DNA of 64,000 nt from Promethearchaeota archaeon (lineage in GTDB: Archaea > Asgardarchaeota > Thorarchaeia > Thorarchaeales > Thorarchaeaceae), in NCBI GenBank assembly GCA_014728035.1, contig WJMJ01000018.1, positions 75,099-139,098 on the forward strand, written 5' to 3'. Under the pieces are notes generated by a model. That model made no database searches and was not told where the DNA came from. It saw only the letters and a list, made by a program, of their open reading frames with translations. Of the stretch, positions 9,135-19,608 are shown one piece after another. Position numbers and translations under genes: made by a program. Position 1 is the stretch's first letter. Every line of letters begins with the position of its first letter.

Positions 9135-12100
9135 CTATTTGCGTTTCTTGACAAGAAAGACTATCATCAGGATGACAACTACACCTGCAGCTCCAGCAAC
9201 TATCATCATCGTACTGCCCACATCAATTGGGGGACCATCAGTGAATGTAGTTGTTATGGTTGTGGATGAGGATGCTTCTTCTACGGTGTAAGTATCAGAA
9301 GCTGATATCCGCTCATTGCCGAGGGAGTCATAAGCAACAATGCGATAAGTGACTGTAGTTTGGTCAGCTTGTCCCGGAATTTCTCCAGAATAAACATCAC
9401 CGCTAGCAGTCATTGTCACATTTACCCAATCATCATCACCAATCTTGTACTGAAGAACAACATCACCTAAACCAGAGTCATCACGTACCGTAGCTGATAC
9501 AGTAACAACATCATCGGGTCTTGGTACTTCAGGCGAATATGCCATATTGTTGATCGATGGACCGCTTGTATCAGGACCAATTAGTTGGAAGTGGAAATCA
9601 TAGTCAGCAGACTCAACCCAATTGCCAGCACCATCAATTGCGATAACAGTGTATGTAATGTAAGATCCTTCTTCTTGATTAGGAATAGTGCCTGTATAGG
9701 TACTTCCACTATCGAGAACCATCGTTACATTGTGTTCTACTGCCTCACTATCCGAGTATGATAGAATTACTTCGGATAGACCCGAACCACCGGAATCAGT
9801 CACATCCGCACTGACAATTGCTATCTCCTTACCTTCACCATCAGTACCGTTTATAGCACTGACATTTGTTACTTGAGGAGCGATATTGTCAGGGAAGTTA
9901 TGACTACGTGGTGAAGATGCTGCTTCATTGCCGGCGTTATCAATAGCAACTACAACATAGTTGAAGGTGTATTGATTGTCGTCTGTACGGTCTATATCGA
10001 CTTCCCACTGGTCAGTATTGCTGTTGTATGTTGCACTGGTATTAGTTCCTGAGCTGGTATCCATAACTAGTACTTCTGCCACTCCTGAACCACTATCAGA
10101 TACTTCAATATCAAGATGCAAAGTTTCAGCTGTGCTACTCTCAGTTATGCTGTCAATCGAGGGTGGAGTAACATCAGTACTTCCTGAGGAAGAATATCCT
10201 ACAAACACAGGGTCAACTGTTACGGTGTAACCATCCCACCACTTGAAGTTAATCAGAGTGTAGAATTGATTTGAGGATACACTGAATGTGGTTGCTGTTC
10301 CACCAACATCTGACATGTACGTTGCTTCAAAAGCACTAAGTGGAACTGTTTGAGAGTCAACTGTTGCATTGTATGATGCGTTCTTAGCCCAAGTATATGG
10401 TGATCCACCGAGATTCATTGCAGCTACTGGAACACTTCCATTAAGCTTGGCAGTGAAATTACTCGAGGCACTTGTTCCGGTGTTTTGTATTTCAGAGTTG
10501 AAATCATCGTGATAAGTCGCATTATACGGTTGTTCACCTAAAATGATTGACACATCACTATAGAATGCTAATCCAAGACTGTAACCAGAAAGGACACTTC
10601 GTCCACCAGGTGCGTCAACATCCCAGTTGCCTACGGTCATATCGTATTTGACTTCAGCAGTGTTGGTTGATTCACCCGTATCAGTTCCAGTGAAATGAAC
10701 TGAAATTCCAATCTCATCAACCGATGCCCCACTAGGACGGCTATCAAATGAGTTCAGGTCAGTATTGTAATACTGTCCCTGATACCAGTCCCAATAGGAA
10801 TAGTCTCCGAATGGAAATACTACACCTGAAACATTATTGAAAGTAACACCAAAGGTTATGGTTTCATTAACAGGACGATATGCTTCTCCAGTATCACTCG
10901 AGTTGCTCCACGCCTCACCGGGTCGTACAAAGCTTACTGATTCTACATCAACAGGCATCCAATAGTGAGTCACTTCTGAATCATCAAGATTTGCGGTATT
11001 CAGCTCCATGATATTGCTATCATCAGTATCGTTCCAAGCAAACATTCCTGCGTACTCGTACCATATACTGACATCAGCAAAGAAGGTATCAGTTCCATTT
11101 GTAAACTGGGTCTGATATTCTTCTGAGATCTCCCACCATAGCCAACTCCATTCCTGACTGCTTTCGGGAACCCAGTCCCATCCCTGCTCGATAGCCTGTT
11201 GTTTCAGAGCTATTGAGGAGAAGTTCTCAGCCATCCAAGCAACGCCCCAATAACCAGCATTGGGATGTCCCTCAGTATTGAAGATTGTCGTGTTGATGAA
11301 GTCAAATCGTGAAGAATTCACAACCTCGCCAGAATCAGCTTCGTACCATGTGAAGTTATCCCACCAATTGGAAGTATAGTTTACAGTGTACATTCCTGTG
11401 TAGGAAGACATGTAGACCTCATCACCATAGATCGATACGTTATCTGGATCCCAGAGGATATTTACCTTAAGGTACTCCTGAGTCACATTATACGTGTCAG
11501 TACTATTCCAAGTATTTCTGACAAAGAACTGATCATCAGAAGTTTCAAGATTACCATCGAGGTCAATAGCTCCATTATTTGGATTGGTGGCCCATGTTGC
11601 TACACCCCACATTCCATAGTCCGGACTGCCGGTCACAAAGGACCATTGTTCCTTAACGATAGAGATTGGCAAAGGTACATAGTCGAGCTTCTTGGAATGA
11701 CCCCAGACCTTGTAGGCTTTGTAGATCATATCACGAGAACCATTTATGATGTACTCTTGTGCATTGTGACTGAAATTGAACTTTGGTAGACTGAATTCAC
11801 GACCTTGTTCGAGGGGTTTAATCTCTAAAGTGTCAGTTGAGTTAACCAATGCCAGATATTCTTCAACATCAAGATTCCAGAAATCATCTTGGGGTACCCA
11901 ATTCTGAATATCAATATCCCAATGTTGGATAGTGTAATTCGTGTAGTTATACCAGTATCCATCAAATAGAAACTGATCAATATCCGTGGAGATATTGTAG
12001 TCGCTTGGTTCTAATACCTCAATTGTAAATTCTCGCCATTCATACCATCTATGTTGAGTACCATTGAGGTCGTATATATACCAGAATTCGGGTTCGTAGT

Positions 12101-15100
12101 ATGGATTACCATCTCCATCATAGTTTAGAACAGCCTTATCTGCAATCCATGGATCAGGAGTGTAAATTATTGTTCCATTATCCAATGTAACATTGAAGAA
12201 ATACCCTCGTTTGAGCCATGTATAGTTCAGATAATTTCCGTTGATAGTCTCCACGTAGTCATATTGTGGATTTGCAGTAGTGTTGGTATCGAATATTTGA
12301 GCATCATGCTGATTATTAATATAACCAGACACAAGATCAATGTACCCAGCTACTTCGAAATCTCGAGTCTGAGGATTTGTCGAACCATAAGCAATACTCC
12401 AACCACAATGCCGAATGTCAGGTATGAACATTCCATCTCGGTTAGTAGTAACCCATGGATACTCATCCTCTATTGGATTCCACCGGGAACTCTCATTGGT
12501 ACCGTACCTAGTAAGATTGTAATCAGTAGCACCCACAGTAGCTATGTATCCAGGATAAAAATACCCATAGAGATTGTCATAGTACTGTACATCCTCTTTG
12601 ATTGCTTCAACCCATTGACCTTCGATGTTTACTCGAATGTCCGCAGGTGTCTGATATTCCAAGTTCCAGAAGGACCAGACCTCAGCACCAGGATAGGGTA
12701 ATTGCTGTTCAGTTCCACCCACCTCAGTGTATGCAAAGAAGTCAATAGTCTGTTCAGGAACATTGATGTCATAACCGTTCCAAGAGCCATAATACATACG
12801 ATACGGCCATGGACCACGGAACAGCCAATTAAGTTCTGTACCGTTGTAATAGTAATATTCCCAATTGTCAGTTAGAGGACAATACATTTCATAGACATGA
12901 AGTTCTTGCCAAGTCTGATTGACATAGAGGACATAATGATCAAATTGCCAGAATGGTTCTGTTGCTACATTGATTGGAATAGTCCCATTTGCATAGATAA
13001 CTAGGTTACCTTCTCGGACCGGAGTAGTCTCGTTCATGTTCACAACTGTCGCTGTATCCCATGTACTCGAATCAGCAAATATTCTCGTGCCATTTAGAGC
13101 ATAGACATACAATTGTTCACTAAGTTTCCAATCTGCATAATGTCGCGAGTCAGAGGCATTCCTTGATGAAAGGAACCAGGTGCCATCTGAAAAGGTAGTA
13201 TTGAAAATTCTACTTTGATAACCAGATTCGATGTATATCTTCGTACCATTTAGTAAACGATAGTAGTAGATGCTATTTCCTGTGTAGCCACCAGTACTCG
13301 GGTCATAGGCATCATCATCCCACTCTTCGAAAATAATAGTGTCCCAGGTATAGCCAGACTGATCGGTTTGGGTTAGGGTTTTCACATAATGCTTCATCCC
13401 ATCCAACCAAATCCAAGAATCCTTGCGCGTTTCATATAGACTGTGTGTGATATTGTCTCTCAAAACAAAGTCCTGTGAAGGTGTGTCAACATAGTATTGC
13501 TGACCATCACTACTGTTGTAATAGCTATATACTGAGTCTTCTACCCAGCCAACAACAGTATGTTCACCCCAATCTGATTCATAATCTGTAACTAGGGTAA
13601 GATTACCATAGAAGTACTCCCAATCCCATTCCATCTCAGGCATATCGGGTTGGACTTGTAAATCAAATACAACTCTCAAGTCGTTGCCAATTGTTGTGTA
13701 ATTCAGATTACTCGGAGTGAGGAACGTACCTGGCATAACAGTTTCGTTTGACTGTCGAGGTACCCAATCGTTTGTCCAATCATTTGCGGTGAAATTCCAA
13801 ATCTTATGTTCCCAATGCCAATCAGTTATCTCAACAAGTTGCCATTCATATATTCCAGAACCGGGAGCAACCTCATTATATTGCCAGTCCCAATAGGTAC
13901 TATTTTCATAGCTTGTTCGTTCTGTAAAGTTGTAAGCTTTTACCTGAAAATCACCTTCAGGAGTGACTTTTACGAATATCTCAACTTCAGACCACTGATT
14001 CCAATCAGATGTTCCGCTGCTACCCCATTTGTCATCCCATGCTCTCAGAACGAAAGCAACACCATCAATATCAGAAGCATAGCTTGCGCCACCTTGTAAT
14101 CTAGACTTGACAGTGAAATTGTCGAGGCTATCAACAGCAAACATCCAAGATGGATCATAAGGTTGACCCTCATGTAAGAGACGAACAACTGCTGTTGGAC
14201 TCTCAACTGAAAGCTGATGTAAAGCTTGGTAGGCTGTTGCATCAGTTGATGAGGCTGTAGGTAGATATACATTCGGAACTAATCGTTTTCCATCTATACT
14301 TAGTACTTTATCTTCAACCCAAAGTGGTTGTGAATCCCCGCCAGTGGGCAGGATTTCTTCGCTGACATGACCACGAAATGTAACGTAATCAAATCCATCA
14401 ATTGTATAGTTTTGACTTGTAGTAGTGTTTAGAATGTATGGTTTAGGAGCTTCGATATCAGTAGGCCAATCCTCATAGAATGTTTCTTGATACCATTGAG
14501 GACTATACCCACTAGGATCAGAAGGATCTACAACTAGAGTTTCATTATCAATTGTATACGAATATTTTGAACTCCAAGTTCCATCACTGAAATTGAAAAT
14601 CAGAGCTTGGCGAGCCCAAGCGAAAGACATCCATTCATATTGTATGACCCAATCTGAGCCACTCCACTCGTAGTGAACCTTTCGATATTCACGACCTGGA
14701 TCAATCCATTTGGTCCGAGTCTCCCAGTGAAAACCATGTTTGTAAACCGTTGATGTTACTGAAACCGTATCGTTCCAATAATAGGTTTCACTTGTAGAAT
14801 TATATTCCCATCCACCAGTAACTTCTTGGGTTTCGGTGTATGGACCATAGACCCACTCTTCATCTTCCACAGATTGTGGAAGATCGATGTATACAATCAC
14901 CGCACCAGGATTTTCACTCTTGATTTTGGCTGTCATATTGAAGTCTACACCACGTGTAGCAGAATAGACTGGATTGCCATCATCATCGTAACGATCCCAA
15001 TAATAGTAACCGCCAGCACCCTGTTGAATGACCTCCTCAAAAGTCATACCGACTGCTCTGGCACTTAGTTCATCATTCTCACTTTCTGCAAGCGTATTAA

Positions 15101-15929
15101 TATTCTCATCCAAAGCTACTGCTGAAATCTGATACACCCCTAGTGGAGTGGTTGAATTGAATTTTAGTTGGAAAGTAGTCCAGTAATTTTCAGATCCTAT
15201 TTGATACTCTGAGTTACCTGCATCCAACTCGACAAAGGAATCAACTGGTTCACCAAGTTGCATCCAGATAAATTCCTCAAGACTTCCTGGTTCAGGAGCG
15301 AGTTTTGCCTCTGTAAGTTGTGCAATCGGACTTGATGTCACTGAATCGGTACCCGCTGGAGATTTTGTTCCACCGCCACCATCATCTCCGCCAGAACCAC
15401 CATCTATTGTAGCATTCTGGGAGGAGTACATCACCCAAGTATCTGTTGGAATCTCATAGATACCAAAGAACATAATACCATTTTGACTAATTGGTCCTTC
15501 CTGCATCTGTTCAGATATATTCCAATACATTCCCATCAAAGCGATTGAATGTGGGACTTTTCCTTGGAGAGCATTCATTGGTAATTTCAGTTGGAACTTT
15601 GCCCAACCATCTATCTGTATCTCATCAGTAAGAGAGATAAGAGAATTCGAACTGGCATTTCTGACAGACCATGTAATCTTTGGTCCGAATTGCCAGTGAC
15701 TATGTGAAAAGGATTCCGTCCACTCTTCGCTTGTTGTACCTTGTTCCCAATCAACGTAAGTATAATTGGTTGGAATTGTTGCAGAAGGACTAGTTAATTT
15801 AGTATCTGCAATATTTCCTAAGGAAGTATCATGTACCATAGTATTAGTACCAAGAGGTACATTGGTAAGTGATACCAAGAATAGTACAATTGCGAACAGT
15901 GACAGTACTCTACTGTTCGGTTTAATCAT
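9135..15929 (-). CDS. giant secreted, C-terminally anchored surface glycoprotein B (about 2264 aa), paralogue of A
   Basis: Signal peptide; gaggtg RBS before ATG 15929; shares blocks with A (GAIDLDGNLETSDDQFFV, RLQGG, DPVFVGYSS); three C-terminal Ig-like repeats (DVTPPSI, DNIAPQV, DTSGPSI); TM helix and KKRK tail. Confidence 0.85.
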   Translation of the reverse strand: MIKPNSRVLSLFAIVLFLVSLTNVPLGTNTMVHDTSLGNIADTKLTSPSATIPTNYTYVDWEQGTTSEEWTESFSHSHWQFGPKITWSVRNASSNSLISLTDEIQIDGWAKFQLKLPMNALQGKVPHSIALMGMYWNISEQMQEGPISQNGIMFFGIYEIPTDTWVMYSSQNATIDGGSGGDDGGGGTKSPAGTDSVTSSPIAQLTEAKLAPEPGSLEEFIWMQLGEPVDSFVELDAGNSEYQIGSENYWTTFQLKFNSTTPLGVYQISAVALDENINTLAESENDELSARAVGMTFEEVIQQGAGGYYYWDRYDDDGNPVYSATRGVDFNMTAKIKSENPGAVIVYIDLPQSVEDEEWVYGPYTETQEVTGGWEYNSTSETYYWNDTVSVTSTVYKHGFHWETRTKWIDPGREYRKVHYEWSGSDWVIQYEWMSFAWARQALIFNFSDGTWSSKYSYTIDNETLVVDPSDPSGYSPQWYQETFYEDWPTDIEAPKPYILNTTTSQNYTIDGFDYVTFRGHVSEEILPTGGDSQPLWVEDKVLSIDGKRLVPNVYLPTASSTDATAYQALHQLSVESPTAVVRLLHEGQPYDPSWMFAVDSLDNFTVKSRLQGGASYASDIDGVAFVLRAWDDKWGSSGTSDWNQWSEVEIFVKVTPEGDFQVKAYNFTERTSYENSTYWDWQYNEVAPGSGIYEWQLVEITDWHWEHKIWNFTANDWTNDWVPRQSNETVMPGTFLTPSNLNYTTIGNDLRVVFDLQVQPDMPEMEWDWEYFYGNLTLVTDYESDWGEHTVVGWVEDSVYSYYNSSDGQQYYVDTPSQDFVLRDNITHSLYETRKDSWIWLDGMKHYVKTLTQTDQSGYTWDTIIFEEWDDDAYDPSTGGYTGNSIYYYRLLNGTKIYIESGYQSRIFNTTFSDGTWFLSSRNASDSRHYADWKLSEQLYVYALNGTRIFADSSTWDTATVVNMNETTPVREGNLVIYANGTIPINVATEPFWQFDHYVLYVNQTWQELHVYEMYCPLTDNWEYYYYNGTELNWLFRGPWPYRMYYGSWNGYDINVPEQTIDFFAYTEVGGTEQQLPYPGAEVWSFWNLEYQTPADIRVNIEGQWVEAIKEDVQYYDNLYGYFYPGYIATVGATDYNLTRYGTNESSRWNPIEDEYPWVTTNRDGMFIPDIRHCGWSIAYGSTNPQTRDFEVAGYIDLVSGYINNQHDAQIFDTNTTANPQYDYVETINGNYLNYTWLKRGYFFNVTLDNGTIIYTPDPWIADKAVLNYDGDGNPYYEPEFWYIYDLNGTQHRWYEWREFTIEVLEPSDYNISTDIDQFLFDGYWYNYTNYTIQHWDIDIQNWVPQDDFWNLDVEEYLALVNSTDTLEIKPLEQGREFSLPKFNFSHNAQEYIINGSRDMIYKAYKVWGHSKKLDYVPLPISIVKEQWSFVTGSPDYGMWGVATWATNPNNGAIDLDGNLETSDDQFFVRNTWNSTDTYNVTQEYLKVNILWDPDNVSIYGDEVYMSSYTGMYTVNYTSNWWDNFTWYEADSGEVVNSSRFDFINTTIFNTEGHPNAGYWGVAWMAENFSSIALKQQAIEQGWDWVPESSQEWSWLWWEISEEYQTQFTNGTDTFFADVSIWYEYAGMFAWNDTDDSNIMELNTANLDDSEVTHYWMPVDVESVSFVRPGEAWSNSSDTGEAYRPVNETITFGVTFNNVSGVVFPFGDYSYWDWYQGQYYNTDLNSFDSRPSGASVDEIGISVHFTGTDTGESTNTAEVKYDMTVGNWDVDAPGGRSVLSGYSLGLAFYSDVSIILGEQPYNATYHDDFNSEIQNTGTSASSNFTAKLNGSVPVAAMNLGGSPYTWAKNASYNATVDSQTVPLSAFEATYMSDVGGTATTFSVSSNQFYTLINFKWWDGYTVTVDPVFVGYSSSGSTDVTPPSIDSITESSTAETLHLDIEVSDSGSGVAEVLVMDTSSGTNTSATYNSNTDQWEVDIDRTDDNQYTFNYVVVAIDNAGNEAASSPRSHNFPDNIAPQVTNVSAINGTDGEGKEIAIVSADVTDSGGSGLSEVILSYSDSEAVEHNVTMVLDSGSTYTGTIPNQEEGSYITYTVIAIDGAGNWVESADYDFHFQLIGPDTSGPSINNMAYSPEVPRPDDVVTVSATVRDDSGLGDVVLQYKIGDDDWVNVTMTASGDVYSGEIPGQADQTTVTYRIVAYDSLGNERISASDTYTVEEASSSTTITTTFTDGPPIDVGSTMMIVAGAAGVVVILMIVFLVKKRK

Positions 15930-16094
15930 AAACACCTCTTATTCTGAAGTATAAAGCTATCTCAGCGTGCAAAGGAGCAGTTCTGATATATCATACTCCT
16001 TTATTTCAGAGATAGTTTTCTCTGTTAACAGTCTTACAATACATAATATAAGCCTACGTTGGTTGAAGGTATACGATTTTCGGACATATGATAA

Positions 16095-16130
16095 CAAAAA
16101 AGAGAAAAAGTACCGGAATTTTCCGGTACT
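16095..16130 (-). terminator. inverted repeat plus U-tract terminator
   Basis: agtaccggaa/ttccggtact (16109-16130), followed on the minus strand by a T-rich tract. Confidence 0.6.
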
Positions 16131-16138
16131 GGATATAA

Positions 16139-18814
16139 TTATCCAAAGATTAATCGCTCAACAAAGCCTCTTACCAGACCTGAAACCTCAGTTTCAACCA
16201 AAGCAGCAAGTCCTAAGAAGAATGCACCAAGAATATAGGTTCTCCATACTCTACCATCGGTCAACAGCACTCTAGTCTTTTCTGGGATAGAATCGAATTC
16301 CTCATTCATAATACTTGGCGATAAATCACGAGCTATTCGCAGAGAAGCTGCAGCAATGAATAAGAAAGCAGGTATTTCTATCACAAAGTGAGGAAGAATT
16401 CCAGCCCAGAAGAGAATTGGATTATCCTTTATCATTGCAAGGCCTCCAACAGTCAATGCTGTAGAGAGAACTTCTGAGATTGCCAGAGACATAAGGCTGA
16501 ATTTGATGTATAACAATAATGTATCCTGTTGCTGTACTTCAGGTCTATTTCCGTAAAATACTTTGTATAATATTGCAATAATCATGGGTAAGATGATCAA
16601 AGCAATCAGAGTGAATTGGTCATCATACACAAAGTATTCGAGTACGAACAAAATAAGCAATGGTGGGAACCACCATCCGCCATCCGTACCTCGTAGCTTG
16701 TTTATAATCCAAATTAGGAAATACCCTCCAAATAGAATACATAGGAGAATTCCCACAATCAATCCAATAAATGCCTCAGGACTCCATGGATGAACTAAGA
16801 CAAAAACACCATTTAAGAGAATGAAGGATACAATCAAACCAGCTGCAACAGTAAATGCCACAAGAAACAACGAGTAGATTGCATTCGTTTTCTCATCAGA
16901 TTCCTGTCTTCTCATTGCAATAAGCCATAATATGAGGGACCAAAAAATCGGCCCAATTAGTAGCATGAGTAAGGTTCGGATCAAGTTGTGTTCTAAAATA
17001 ATGGGAAATATTGAACCACCAGTTGCTTCAATAGTCCATTCACCAAACACAAATTCAAGACCATTAGGATCTCCAATCTCACCTAATACGGACATAACCA
17101 GATACTCCAAAATTCCAGGTGGAACAACAAGAGATAGAGCTGCAATACCTATTACAGATATTATCAATCCACCAACAAACATCACAACGACATCACGAAC
17201 ATCAGAGGAATGAACATTCACTAAAGGTGTGGTGTCTAGATTGTGTTTTTCTCGATATATATCACTAGATTTCAGGTAATGCATAACAAACATAGTACCG
17301 AAAATATAGAGTGGTACGTTAATCAGAAATTCTGACAGATACCGATATATCATGTCACCTTCAGTGGGGAATGCCATTGTTGGTCGTAGACTAAGAAACT
17401 CAATATCAGGGGCGATAACATGACCTACAGAAATATTGAGAATATAATCTAATCCTGGAAGAATTAACCAAGTACCAATAGCGAGGAGTAATCCTCCAAT
17501 AATTGCAAAACCTTCCACCTCACCTCCAATTCTTTTGCGTACGAAGTGCCCAACAACTCCTAGGAAGAGAATCATACAGAATGGAATCAGGAGAATCAAT
17601 AGAATCCATCTCACGGCATTTAGAAATCCAACAGACGTTGTGGGATTAGATAATGCATTTGCAACAGAAGATTCCACATTTTCCGGAAATATTCTCAGGG
17701 GCATCATTGATTCAGCTGAATAATGTAAAGTAACTGCAAAGATTGCACCCACATAAGCTGCGATACCAATTCCTGAAACAATAACGGAATATCCATAATT
17801 AGATAGGGTTGCTTTGATATCAATACTGGAAACTTTTGAACGTACCTGGGTTAGAGCTTCAAAAGTTCGCTTATAGAAGCGGATAGCGAAATCCTCAACT
17901 AATGGAAATACTACGATAGCAAATAGGATTGGTGGAAAAGCAATAATGAAACCAATAGCATAGCTCGTAAGTACAAATTCCAGTGTTGTTGGAGTTCCAA
18001 TAACTTCTACAATCGAGAGTAAAATAGTACCAATTGAAAGGAGTAAGTTAAGCCTAAAGAACCATCCTAGAACACCCCTCATCATTTCGTCGCCAATTTT
18101 TCTGTTACCAAGAGTAAGACCTGCACCTTTTGCAAGTCGATTAGACGAAGGATATCCAAATCGATAAATCCAAGTCAAGAACACTATAATTCCATATGCG
18201 TAGAAAGAAGGTGGACTACTCATATACAGACCAATTGATGGTAATAAAGTAGCAAGTCCGATTATCAGATAATCCTTCCACGATTCACTATAAGCTTTAG
18301 AAATCACTTCTGGATTGAGAGGTTCTTTGTCCGGAATATCGAATTCAACATTATGGATTCTATCTCTAAATCCTGAGAAGCCATCTGTTTCTGGTTCTCT
18401 ACCAATAACTCTCTTGATAACATTGGAGAATTTTCGCTTTATTGGATCTTGTAGAGCTAACTTGATTGCCAGTACAAGCATCCCGAAAAGCACAGCAAAG
18501 AACGCAACCATTACCCATGTAAGAAAGTCTTGTAATGCACTCGCAAAGTGAAATATGAAATCAAGAAGAAGAGCATCACCAATTTCGTTACTTGCAAAGG
18601 GAGGGAGTTCAAATAACCCCGAACTCAAATCGGTGTATGTAATCAAAAAGAAAATATTCCATAGGAAGTAGAATACTGCCCGAATGTATAAAATTGCAAG
18701 AAAAGCTTCAACATATCTGTTACGCTTTGATCTAAATACAATCAAATAAATCAATGTCGAAATCAAAGCAGGGAGTAGCTGAAACAAGACTGTTACTAAG
18801 TTTATTTCTGCCAT
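16139..18814 (-). CDS. large polytopic membrane protein with C-terminal SpoIIM (DUF95)-like domain
   Basis: About 20 hydrophobic segments; C-terminal GILPHFVIEIPA...LAALVETEVS matches the SpoIIM PHG..E.P / AA.iE signature. Confidence 0.75.
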   Translation of the reverse strand: MAEINLVTVLFQLLPALISTLIYLIVFRSKRNRYVEAFLAILYIRAVFYFLWNIFFLITYTDLSSGLFELPPFASNEIGDALLLDFIFHFASALQDFLTWVMVAFFAVLFGMLVLAIKLALQDPIKRKFSNVIKRVIGREPETDGFSGFRDRIHNVEFDIPDKEPLNPEVISKAYSESWKDYLIIGLATLLPSIGLYMSSPPSFYAYGIIVFLTWIYRFGYPSSNRLAKGAGLTLGNRKIGDEMMRGVLGWFFRLNLLLSIGTILLSIVEVIGTPTTLEFVLTSYAIGFIIAFPPILFAIVVFPLVEDFAIRFYKRTFEALTQVRSKVSSIDIKATLSNYGYSVIVSGIGIAAYVGAIFAVTLHYSAESMMPLRIFPENVESSVANALSNPTTSVGFLNAVRWILLILLIPFCMILFLGVVGHFVRKRIGGEVEGFAIIGGLLLAIGTWLILPGLDYILNISVGHVIAPDIEFLSLRPTMAFPTEGDMIYRYLSEFLINVPLYIFGTMFVMHYLKSSDIYREKHNLDTTPLVNVHSSDVRDVVVMFVGGLIISVIGIAALSLVVPPGILEYLVMSVLGEIGDPNGLEFVFGEWTIEATGGSIFPIILEHNLIRTLLMLLIGPIFWSLILWLIAMRRQESDEKTNAIYSLFLVAFTVAAGLIVSFILLNGVFVLVHPWSPEAFIGLIVGILLCILFGGYFLIWIINKLRGTDGGWWFPPLLILFVLEYFVYDDQFTLIALIILPMIIAILYKVFYGNRPEVQQQDTLLLYIKFSLMSLAISEVLSTALTVGGLAMIKDNPILFWAGILPHFVIEIPAFLFIAAASLRIARDLSPSIMNEEFDSIPEKTRVLLTDGRVWRTYILGAFFLGLAALVETEVSGLVRGFVERLIFG

Positions 18815-18978
18815 AAACACACCTCAGTGTTATCTGAAAATAACTTCAGCTCTCGCGAATAGAAAAAGGTTCGGTGGACAGACTAATTTACTTGAAAGAT
18901 ATTCTCTACCGAAAGCTTCAAATAGTAAACTATTGTTAAATAGAATCAGAGCAATCCAGAACAGGAGAAATAAAGCAA

Positions 18979-19506
18979 ATGGAAATTAGCAAAGAGTTAG
19001 CAGATATGATTAATGACCAACTTAATTTTGAGATATACAGTGGTTATATCTATCTAGCAATGGGTGCTTGGTTTGAAGACCAGAATCTAAGTGGATTCGC
19101 ACGTTGGATGGAAATACAGTTTGATGAGGAATATGCGCACGCAATAAGATTCTGGAGACATCTTTACGAAAGAGGTGCAAAAGTCGAATTGAAAGCGATT
19201 GAAGCACCTAAGACCGAATGGACCTCTCCTCTAGAAGCATTTCAAGATGCATATGAACATGAGAAATTAGTCACTGAGCGGATCTACAAAATTGGAGAAC
19301 TCGCTGAGCAACAGAAAGATAGAGCAACTTTGTCATTTCTGAATTGGTTCTATGACGAACAAGTCGAAGAAGAAGACAAAACTATGACAATTCGTGATAC
19401 ATTGAAAATGATTGGCGATAGTATTCCCGCTCTCCTACAACTAGACGCAAAACTTGGAGCAAGACCACCAGTGTCAGGAGTACCTCAAGAATCAACAGAA
19501 CCATAG
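18979..19506 (+). CDS. ftnA: non-heme ferritin
   Basis: QLNFEIYSGYIYLAM, EEYAHA, EHEKLVT, FLNWFYDEQVEEE ferroxidase motifs. Confidence 0.95.
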   Translation: MEISKELADMINDQLNFEIYSGYIYLAMGAWFEDQNLSGFARWMEIQFDEEYAHAIRFWRHLYERGAKVELKAIEAPKTEWTSPLEAFQDAYEHEKLVTERIYKIGELAEQQKDRATLSFLNWFYDEQVEEEDKTMTIRDTLKMIGDSIPALLQLDAKLGARPPVSGVPQESTEP

Positions 19507-19525
19507 AAGATTCACGAATAAACAG

Positions 19526-19556
19526 GCGGCTCTATGAGCCGCACATCATTTTTCTT
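19526..19556 (+). terminator. hairpin plus U-tract terminator after ferritin
   Basis: gcggctc-tat-gagccgc (19526-19542), then a T tract. Confidence 0.65.
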
Positions 19557-19608
19557 AAGATAGTATAACTTATTTTCTACCCTTCCATTCAATTTCATTG
19601 TGTAAGCC

